A stretch of DNA of 64,000 nucleotides, taken from positions 212,210-276,209 of the forward strand of contig NW_003314382.1 in NCBI RefSeq assembly GCF_000143415.4, read 5' to 3'. The DNA is from Selaginella moellendorffii (taxonomy: Eukaryota; Plantae; Lycopodiophyta). Below the pieces are notes generated by a model. It made no database searches. It saw only the letters and a list, made by a program, of their open reading frames with translations, and was not told where the DNA came from. Below are positions 55,017 to 64,000 of the stretch, piece after piece; the stretch's first letter is position 1, and every line of letters starts with the position of its first letter. The position numbers were made by a program, and so were the translations under genes.

Positions 55017-57650
55017 ATGGCGACTACCGTTCCATTCGCCGCGCTGCCACGAAGAGCGCCAATGCGTCGCCGCGTTTGCGGTAGAGTTTCTTGTTGCTCT
55101 ACCTCTTCTGTGGCTGCTACCAAGTCCAGAACCCAGGTATGTGTGTTGGATTTCTTCAATGCTCAACCATGGAGCTCGCAATTCTCCCAGAGAATCATGG
55201 ATAGCATAGCAGTGAGCGATGGCGAGGCTGGAGGCGCGGGTGGTGCTTCCACATATCAAGCGCTCAAGCGTTTGGACGATTTGTGGTTTCGCCTGCGGTC
55301 TAGAGCATCAGGTGCTCTCTCTCTCTCTCTTCTCGTGGAAAGACCAACCCGATTATTTGAATGTTTCAGGAACTATTCCAGAGATTGTCACTCGTCACGA
55401 CGCTCAATGCCCGACGGATTCGAGAGAAGTTTCCATGGCATTCGACGTGGTGGTATGTGGTGGAACGCTTGGGATTTTCTTCGCGGCAGCACTTGCATTG
55501 AAAGGATTCAAGGTTGCTGTCGTGGAGAAGAACGTTTTGCGAGGGGTGCGTAGTTTCTTCTCTTCCTCGTTGATAACTTCCAGTTTGATCTCGCTATTGC
55601 TGCAGCGTGCGCAAGAGTGGAACATTTCTAGAAAAGAGATCCAAGAGCTTGTTGATATTGGATTGATTACTCCCGAGGAGCTGGCAAGCGTTATATCCGC
55701 TGAGTTCAATCCGGTATTCTTACTCGTTTCTTTCCGTCTTTGAGTTCTCATTTTTATCAGAATCGTTGTGGCTTCGATGGAGGCTCGGAGCTTTGGGTGA
55801 AGAACATCCTCAACCTTGGAATCTCGCAAGTAGTGAATTCCTTCGATCGACTTTTGTCATTAATTCAAGTTTTTTCTTTTGTTTTTGTTCTTCCAGGCCA
55901 GCTCGTTTGATCGAAACGCTAAAGAAAAGATTTTTGGAAGCCGGAGGAGTGATTATCGAGGGAACAGGAGCTTCGAAAATTGCTGTTTACAACGATTGTG
56001 CTGTAAGTTTCCATCCTTTTCAATTTTCTCTTCATCGTGATTTTTATTCGTTTCACAGATCATATCACTCGATGATGCGCGAGTTCTTTTGTCAAGGCTT
56101 GTCCTCGATGCCATGGGAAACTTCTCTCCGATTGTTCGCCAGGTAACGTTAACATTGAAAGTTCATCACGTCAAAAGTTTGAAGATATTTTTCTGGTGAT
56201 CTAGATACGAAGCGGTTCTCCACCGGATGGAGTTTGCCTTGTGGTAGGGAGCTGTGCTCGTGGATTCCATGCCAACACTACCAGCGATATCATCTACACA
56301 AATTCTCCATTTACAACCATCAAGAACTCGAAAACTCAATACTTTTGGGAGGTTGCTTTGTTCTTCGTTCTTTCCTTTTTCTCTCGGCTAAATTACTTTC
56401 TTAGCAGGCATTTCCAGCAGGCTCGGGACCAAGAGATCGCACCACGTACATGTTTTCATACATGGACGCTACTCCCAGCCGTCCATCTCTCGAAGACATG
56501 CTTGAAGATTACTGGGACCGAATGCCCGAATACCAAGTCAGTAACATTCCTTTCTTTTTAACTTTCGCTACATTGCATTATACCAGGCGGTGAAACTTGA
56601 GGATCTCGAGGTCCTGCGTGTTCTCTTTGGAATTTTTCCAACTTACAGAAGCAGGTAAATCTAGACACATTTTTCTCTTCATTCATGTTTCGTTGCTAAC
56701 CATTTCTTTTTTCTCGCAGTCCTTTGCCCGCAGCTTTCGACAGAGTTTTGCAAGTTGGCGACGCGAGCGGGATCCAATCTCCGGTTTCGTTTGGTGGTTT
56801 TGCGAGCATAGCAAGGCACTTGCAAAGGCTTTCAAATGGTAAGGGAAGATCCCGGTGGTGGATTATATGACTTGATTTACAGGGATTACGGAGGCTTTGG
56901 AGGCTGACAAACTTGACAAGAACAGCCTCTCGCTCTTGAATCCTTACACGGTAAGAGATATCCAAATTCATACAGATTGAATCAATCTCGTTCTTGGCTT
57001 CCAGCCCAATCTCAGTGGAGCATGGCTGCTGCAAAAGGCCATGTCTGTGCGGCCTGATGCTGGTGTTTCGTCTTCGTTCATAAACGAGCTCCTTTCAGTA
57101 ACGTTCGAAAGCATGGAGGTGGAGTGAGAGATCCTTGTCTCAATGATTCTAACTTTGTGGCATGTAGAAACTCGGTGATCCCGTTCTTCGGCCTTTCCTC
57201 CAGGTATTTTGCTATACAATTTTCGTAGTTTTTTACTTTGATCTCTTTTTTCTCTCTTTTTTTTAGGATGTGATACAGTTTTTTCCACTTGCTATGACAT
57301 TGGGATCGATTATGCTAACCAGGCCAAGCCTTTTGCCTCAGATTTTTAAACAGGTAGGCTTAGATTTGTTAACTTGATTTTTGCATGTGTTAAAAGCGTG
57401 ATCGCAGGTGGGTTTGGCATCCATTGCTGACTGGATGATCCATTTTGCGAGCCTTGGACTCTACACAATGCTATCCAGCGTGATTGCTTCTCCAGCATTG
57501 TAAGCATATGCGTTTGAGCTTTCAGCCTCTGACACCTTGGTTTGTCAAAGCAGAGTTTTAGCTACGATGCTACCTAAAAACCAGAGCTACTTTTTATTAC
57601 GGATTGTAGAATCATGGAAGTATGGTGCGGGTTTAGATCATAAGAATTAA
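55017..57650 (+). CDS. cruP: CruP-type lycopene cyclase paralog (FAD-dependent oxidoreductase), plastid, many exons
   Basis: Transit peptide; RIMDSIAVSDGEAGGAGG; FDVVVCGGTLG FAD-binding motif; QEWNISRKE; QVGDASGIQSPVSFGGF; ends WKYGAGLDHKN*. Confidence 0.82.
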
Positions 57651-57660
57651 ACTCTTACCA

Positions 57661-58900
57661 CACTACAAAAATTAAGAATGTTAACTATGAAGTTTTAAAG
57701 AATAACATATTGAAATAAAAACTTTTAGTCATCCTTTACATTCTTTTAATTTGTGATAATATTAATGTTTAAAATAACGTACATGTATACATATTAATAT
57801 GGCATAGTTACAAAAAAATTATAAAAATTTAAAAGAAAAGAAAATATATCACCTGCATCTAAGGTGATCATCTTTAAACAATTTTCAATTTTTGCATCTT
57901 TGAAGTGATAGACAAAAACTCTTCAAAATAAAATGTGGTTGAAGCTATATCAAAATCTTTATATATATAAAAAAATATAGATTATTATATAGTATTATCA
58001 AATTATAATTTTAAGTGGCTTAACTATATATTATAACATTATATTGAAGATGATGTATGTAAGCAATACTAATATTTTAAAATTTTAATTCTGTAAGTTT
58101 TTAATTAATTATTAGTGCTTTTACTAATATTAATTTTAAAAAATTTAGGAATGTCACAGGCTTGCAAAAAAATAACTATTTAATACAAAATACTTAATAT
58201 ATTACTAATTATTTTAAAATTTATATTTTAATGTTTTTTTAAAATTTTAGGATAAATTTTGTTTCAGATAATGTTTTCTCACTCATTTATTAAGAAGTTA
58301 TTAATTGGAGCATAACAATATTATGATTGATTAAAAATCAGTTATGACTGATTTTTAATATTTTTTAATGATTTATATTTTATTGAAAAAATGAATTTTT
58401 TTGGACTAGTTATTAAGTAAGTTATTTATTATTATTTTATAATTTTTTATTTTCTACTTAAATTTATTATACCAAATAATCATAAAATATAGTTATAATG
58501 TCAAAAAATTATTTAACTTATTTTTAAAAAATTATCACCTGAATCATGAAGCATATAGTTGAACTTATAAACTTATGACTTGATGTAACTTTTTCTTCAC
58601 TATATGGATAATTTTTTCCTTCTGAATCACAAAAACCTTATTATAAAATTTTTTTGAATATGATATAGAAATTGGATAATGTTTCTACTATAATAATAAC
58701 AAAAGAAAATAATTTTAAAATACAATTAACATTTACTTATGGCAATGTGCTAAAGTGATTAGCAATTTTGTATGAAGAATATTTTATGCATAACTCCTAA
58801 ATGAGTGTTTATTTAAATTGTAAATATTTAAAAGGAGTTCTCAAAAAAAATTTGTAAGATTTATAACTCAAAAAGTTCACTCATCAGAAGCTAACTACTA
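57661..58900. mobile_element. Very AT-rich segment starting with a CACTA-type terminus; probable truncated non-autonomous DNA transposon
   Basis: CACTACAAAAA at 57661 coincides with an abrupt shift to very high AT; no matching TTTTTGTAGTG end found. Confidence 0.4.
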
Positions 58901-59304
58901 TACAATCTTTCTCTGCACAAAATCTCTCCATCTCTAGCTTTTCAAACCCACGTACAATTTTGTCCCCGCCCACTGAGTGGAGAGGAATCGGATGAGGCTG
59001 TGGTTTTAGCTGCTATGATCACTTCCCTCTCCACAAAACACTCCACTAAAGACCACCGCCCAAAGAGAAGAAACTCCCTATCATCATAACCATAAAAAAC
59101 TAAGTGCGGCCACCTTTGAGGGTGACTGATAATGAAATCCAGCTTAATGCCCTAAAATGACGCTTGACATCTAGCCAACTCCTTCAGTGGCAACGACGTA
59201 GGAAAGAAAACCAAAACAAAGATTAAAAAGTGGCGCTAAACATATCTTAAATCACAGTAAGAATGTTGTTGATAAGGCCCTCCCCTGTTGTGTGTATGTG
59301 TATG

Positions 59305-59560
59305 CATATGCCGACGTGCCAGCGCAGCATTGGAGGCCACATGGTCGGTCGGATGGGACCAGAGCTAGCGTCAGGAAGCGCTCACGTGGCAGCGGTGGGG
59401 CCCACCCGTGCTCGGCCGGCAATTTGGCAGGTCCCCGACCGTTAGGGCGCCCCAACGGGCCTGATTCGGGCGTACGGACCGCCCACATGGCCCACGCATT
59501 GTACGGATGCGCCCGCCATGCACACGTACGGCGCGCCCACTTGGGTCTCATCTCATGTAC
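59305..59560 (+). promoter_or_regulatory. GC-rich upstream element cluster (ABRE/G-box, DRE core, site II-like)
   Basis: GCCGACGTG at ~59310, CACGTGGC at ~59383, GGGCCCAC at ~59398, CACGTAC at ~59523; 0.75-1 kb upstream of the aquaporin. Confidence 0.4.
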
Positions 59561-60110
59561 GAAACATGGCGAATTAAACACTTGGGAGTTTTCCAGGGGG
59601 GGACCAACATGCCAAAGTTCCATTAAATACATATCTTCTTCTAGCAAACTCTAGACCCTTCAAGCAAGAAGGAGAGATAGATACGATAGGGTTCACGAAA
59701 ACAATACAGCGAAACTCTTGTATTGATCAAAATTGATTGATCCAAAGCAGGAATATTCTAATATTTTTCTCAATGTATGTAGTTTGATCCCAATCCATGC
59801 CAAGTGTGCGGTCGTGGTCCCTTTGACGGCCATAGGTGACGGCGTCAGTGAGGGGACCACCCGTCTCTCCTGTCACTGGCCTGGTATAAAAGATAAGCTT
59901 TTACCACGAGCACAAACCCGGGACGATTAAAATCACGAGAGGAGCTTTACCTAAAAGCAAAGCTCCCACTTCCACTGTGATTCTCGGAGTGTTTGATCGT
60001 CACATCTCCAAAGCTATAGTGTGATCCAATCTTAGCGCTCAACTCGAAAAGGGGCAAAAGAAGAAAAAGATAGGAAATTTTTTTCCTCTTTCTTTCTCTT
60101 AGGATCCTCT

Positions 60111-60140
60111 ATCTCTCTCTCTCTCTCTCTCTCACTCTCT
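60111..60140. repeat. (CT)n microsatellite; similar tracts at 61219-61236 and 61531-61562
   Basis: Read directly from the sequence. Confidence 0.9.
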
Positions 60141-60299
60141 CGGCCTTGTGAGTGCGCCAGCCAAGCCAAGCTCCAACTTTTCTTTAGCTTTTTCTCTTAT
60201 AAGACTCTGTGTGTGCCAGGAAGCAGAGGTCCTCTCTTCCATCTCTCGCATTTCCCCTCCTCCAATTCGAATTCGCCCAAGAACTGCGATCGATCGAGC

Positions 60300-61433
60300 A
60301 TGGCCAAGGACGCGAGCAAGGAATCGGAGGCGTTCGTGACGGCCAAGGATTACGAGGAGCCACCGCCGGCCAGGCTTGTGGATCCCAAAGAGTTTGGCTC
60401 ATGGTCCTTCTACAGAGCCGGCATTGCCGAGTTCGTGGCCACGCTCTTGTTCCTCTACATCACAGTCCAGACAGTCATCGGCCACTCGAGAAACGCTGCA
60501 AACTGCGGTGGCGTCGGCCTCCTGGGGATCGCGTGGGCGTTTGGAGGCATGATCTTCGTGCTTGTCTACTGCACTGCAGGAATCTCAGGTGAATTCTCCA
60601 CTCTTCTTCCGATCGAGCACAAGCTTTCTAGAAGATCTTCTAACTTGAAACTTCTCTAGGAGGACACATCAATCCGGCTGTGACCTTCGGCCTCTTCGTC
60701 GCTCGCAAGGTCTCGCTGCCGCGGGCGATCTTCTACATGATCATGCAGTGCCTGGGAGCGATCGTTGGCTGCGGCCTCGCAAAGGGCTTCCAGAAGAGCT
60801 TCTACGTCCAGCAGGGGGGAGGAGCAAACTCCGTGGCAAGAGCACGGGGCTACAGCACAGGAACCGGGCTGGGAGCCGAGATCATTGGCACCTTCGTTCT
60901 CGTCTACACCGTCTTCTCGGCCACGGATCCCAAGCGCGTCGCCAGAGACTCGCACGTCCCGGTAAGAATCACGAGCTCCTCCCTCCTCTTTTCTCGGAAG
61001 AACACAAAAAAACAGAGATTTTGATGGTTTTTTTGCTGTCGCGCTCGTGTGGGAAATGTTTTTCCAGGTGCTGGCTCCTCTTCCCATCGGATTCGCGGTG
61101 TTCATGGTTCACTTGGCCACCATTCCAATCACTGGAACGGGCATCAACCCGGCGAGGAGCTTTGGAGCCGCGGTGATCTTCAACAAGGGTGTTTCATGGG
61201 ACGATCAAGTAAGAACAAGAGAGAGAGAGAGAGAGAGGAAGAGAGCTCTGTTCGTTCGTGGTCTAATCCTCTGTTTTTCTCTGTTTTTCCAGTGGATTTT
61301 CTGGGTCGGCCCCTTCATTGGAGCTGCCGCGGCAGCGATCTATCACCAATACGTGCTTAGAGCGGGCTCGGCGCTCAAGGCCTTGGGATCATTCCGCAGC
61401 AATCCTCCACACCAGCACCATGGGCACCCGTGA
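60300..61433 (+). CDS. PIP2: Plasma membrane aquaporin, PIP2 type, 4 exons
   Basis: Short N-terminus with KDY..PPP; [11 protein letters not shown]; GGHINPAVT and [12 protein letters not shown] boxes; [12 protein letters not shown]; KALGSFRSN tail; three introns. Confidence 0.96.
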
Positions 61434-61528
61434 TCGAGAAAGAAGGAAACATTCGTCTACTCGCAGCCATCCTCCCTAGTTTTCGTCCTAGTTTTCGTGT
61501 TTTCAAGCTTTTCTTCTTCCTCCCAAGT

Positions 61529-61565
<37 letters not shown>

Positions 61566-63282
61566 ATAGTTACCGGGGAGGAGATTGTGTTCCAAGAACC
61601 AAGTTTGATGTTGTTGCGAAGCGGTGGTGATCTCCAGAGCTTTCGTACATATCTCCAAGTCATGGATTCGATCGATCGGCGCAATCAAGTCAAGCCCAAT
61701 TTTCCCAGACGTGTCACCAACACACAGATGAAGAACACGCCGGGGTCATCTCTCTCGCGCAACTTCTCCTCTTCCTCTACTTCTTCCAAGATCATAAGGC
61801 GCATTGCTGGCCAAGATCATCTCTCCCTTTCTCCAAAAGATCGTTTGGTTCCCTTTTTCTTTGCTTGTATTTCCTCCTCTCTAATGTAAGTATCGAATCG
61901 ATCCACGCAGCTCTCCCGGAAAGAAAGAAAGAGAGGTTCCCGACTTTGCTTGCGAGCTAGATGTTCTACAAACGTTCCATCACTGAGCTCATCCCGGGAA
62001 CCAACGTGCGCGTCTCGCGGCGAGAGATGCGGCGACTTGAGCGTTCGCGAATCCAGGTGGGTAGCAACCAACGATGCTGGCAAGTGTTGAGAAAATCGCC
62101 AAAGATCTCATGGTAGAACTCCCGACCCAGGGAGTAGAAAGTTTCGAGCTTCTCATAAATACGATCCTCGATCGTCCTCGATCGAGCGAGCGTGTCTCCT
62201 GGAGATTGATAATAGATTGTTTGGCATTGATGATCGAGAGGGAAAAATAGTGAAGTTGCAGAAACGGGAAAAAGTTCATCCAAAACGCTGTGCTTTGTGT
62301 TCTTCTGTCAAGTTCCATCCATTTTCTTCTATCATCCTCGAATTTCCACCATAGCTGGTACGATTCTAGGTGCGCGATGTGATAACCATTTGATGTTTTT
62401 TTTTTTTTTTTCGCGAAGAACTGGTGGAGCCCTGGCTGGGGCGAAGGAGAAAATTCCTCTCTGCTCGCGCGAGCTGGCTTTGTTCTTACACTTTCCTACT
62501 CGCTTGGATCCAAGCGTAGCAACGAAAGCAAAGAGGAAAAACTAGAATTTTTTTCTGGGGTCCCCACGGGAGGAGCGCTTTGATGAGAATACATCATTGC
62601 CAGCATAGGCGAAACGCATTCAAAGGACTTGTTTTTCTCCCTGCTCGCGAGCTCCTCGCGAGATTATTCCCGGGGAATATGCCCGGAGGGGAATATTTCA
62701 AAGCATCGGCTCGGGCACACGAAAGAAATCATGGCCCTTGCTCGCCCAAAGGCTGCCAGTGACAAGGACACAATGCAAGGATCAAGACAAGCAATACCGC
62801 CCAGCTACTGGAGATATAGGACTGAAAGAGAGCTAAGTTTCTTGGGTGTTTTTTAATCTGGTACTTTTTAAAAAAAAAAAATCAAAAAAGGTATTTTTGT
62901 ACTTAAAAAGGTATTTTTTTCTATGCTTTTTTTTTTCTTCTTTCTTGATGGGCGTGGGACAAGATGGAACGGCGAAAGCAAACAAGCCGACGCCTTTGTT
63001 GTTTAGGAGAGGTGTCGCTTCCATCGTCTCTGTTTTGGCCACTGCGCCCGTGGACGATGGATGATCGAGTTTTCTATGGTCCCGGCCAAGCAAGAGAAGT
63101 TAAAGCGATCGATCTCTCTAGAGAAGCGAGCGAAAAGATCTTCCTTTCTCTAGCGTGTTCCAGAGATTGGTTGCTGTGAAACTTCTAACAAAATCTAGTT
63201 TTGCCGCTAGAACTAAGCTGATCTCACTAGACAAAATGCTGTGATCGATCTAAGTACTCACAGGGCAGAGAGGCTTCGATCG

Positions 63283-63645
63283 CTAAGCTGCCACAAGAAC
63301 TGGCGCGCTCTTCTTCATGGGAGTTTTCTCCTCCTGGAAATCCTCCTGCCAAAACAATCACACTCAGCGAAGGAAGCGCAAGAACAACACACTCGAATCG
63401 ACTTACCGCGTTGTAGATCACTCTGATGTAAAGCGAACAGCTTGGGCACCTCGCAAACTCCTCGCCGATCTTGAGCTCCGCCTAGAGAGAGAGCAAGGGT
63501 AAGCAACTGGAGGCGAGGCGATCGAGCGGGCGCCGCGCCTTACCTTTGTGATCTGGAAGAGATCGCCGCAAGGGCAGGGATAGGTGTAAGCCGTGAGCGA
63601 TTCGTTCCACTCCATGTCCTCGATCTCTACATCGTCGTAAGACAT
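63283..63645 (-). CDS. DPH3: Diphthamide biosynthesis protein 3 (CSL zinc finger), 3 exons
   Basis: MSYDDVEIEDMEWNE...YTYPCPCGDLFQITK|AELKIGEEFARCPSCSLYIRVIYN|EDFQEE...*; GT-AG introns. Confidence 0.94.
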
Positions 63646-63704
63646 TGCGCCAAGAACCCTAAACTTTGGGAGGAGCCCTAATTTTTGAAAAGGAGAGTGA
63701 GAAA

Positions 63705-64000
63705 ATGGAGGCCTACTGGATGACGACGCAGCGCTTCCTCCAGCACGGGATCGATCCAATCGTGAAGCGTCCAAAGCTCACGGAGGCGCTGCTAAAGCGC
63801 CCGCCATTTCGATTCCTCCACGACATCGTCTCTGAGGTTTGCGGCATTGTCTTCTCGGTTTTTCTTTTTTCTAGTTCTTTCTTTGGAGCAATAGAATTTC
63901 TTGGTTTCCAGGTTACGCGACGCACCGGGTTTGCAGAGGGACTCTTCGCAGCCGACGAGCTTGCTCCATTGGAGCTTAAGGTACTTTCTTTTGTATTTGT
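63705..64000 (+). CDS. IFT54: Intraflagellar transport protein 54 (TRAF3IP1/MIP-T3), N-terminal exons; runs off the window
   Basis: Manual translation MEAYWMTTQRFLQHGIDPIVKRPKLTEALLKRPPFRFLHDIVSE|VTRRTGFAEGLFAADE matches the IFT54 N-terminal signature (P.LTEKLL.KPPFRYLHDI..EV.R.TGF..GL); absent from the supplied ORF track. Confidence 0.88.
   Translation, partial: MEAYWMTTQRFLQHGIDPIVKRPKLTEALLKRPPFRFLHDIVSEVCGIVFSVFLFSSSFFGAIEFLGFQVTRRTGFAEGLFAADELAPLELKVLSFVF

Overview
Eukaryotic plant nuclear DNA, most likely a lycophyte (Selaginella-like; inferred from 50-70 bp introns, very short intergenic spacers, many intronless PLS-class PPR genes built from short ~31-aa repeats, and a flagellar IFT54 gene). 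GC-rich gene islands alternate with AT-rich, decayed transposon islands (about 1-1.45 kb, 7.4-11.3 kb, 33.8-40.8 kb, 57.7-58.9 kb). The window holds about 23 apparently intact protein genes: 7 PPR, 2 COMT-family methyltransferases, Zn-HIT, GT90/CAP10, PLATZ, alpha/beta-hydrolase, ClpD, a HAD-like protein, a CW+2xMBD protein, an ATL RING-H2 ligase, nsLTP, CruP, PIP2 aquaporin, DPH3, the start of IFT54 and one unknown protein. It also holds one tRNA-Gly(UCC) and many local duplication remnants (OMT, PPR, ClpD). Most notable: (1) a locally amplified PPR-tail+OMT cassette whose methyltransferases keep the SAM-binding motifs but lack the COMT catalytic His/Glu pair, with paralog differences clustered at the substrate-pocket helix; (2) a 2.3 kb foldback palindrome with a 20-bp loop and internal minisatellites; (3) a tRNA-Gly just upstream of an intronless PLATZ gene, inside a divergent promoter; (4) an MBD gene with an internally duplicated MBD module; (5) DPH3 and IFT54 start codons only 59 bp apart. 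All family assignments come from motif recognition by eye; no database searches were run.
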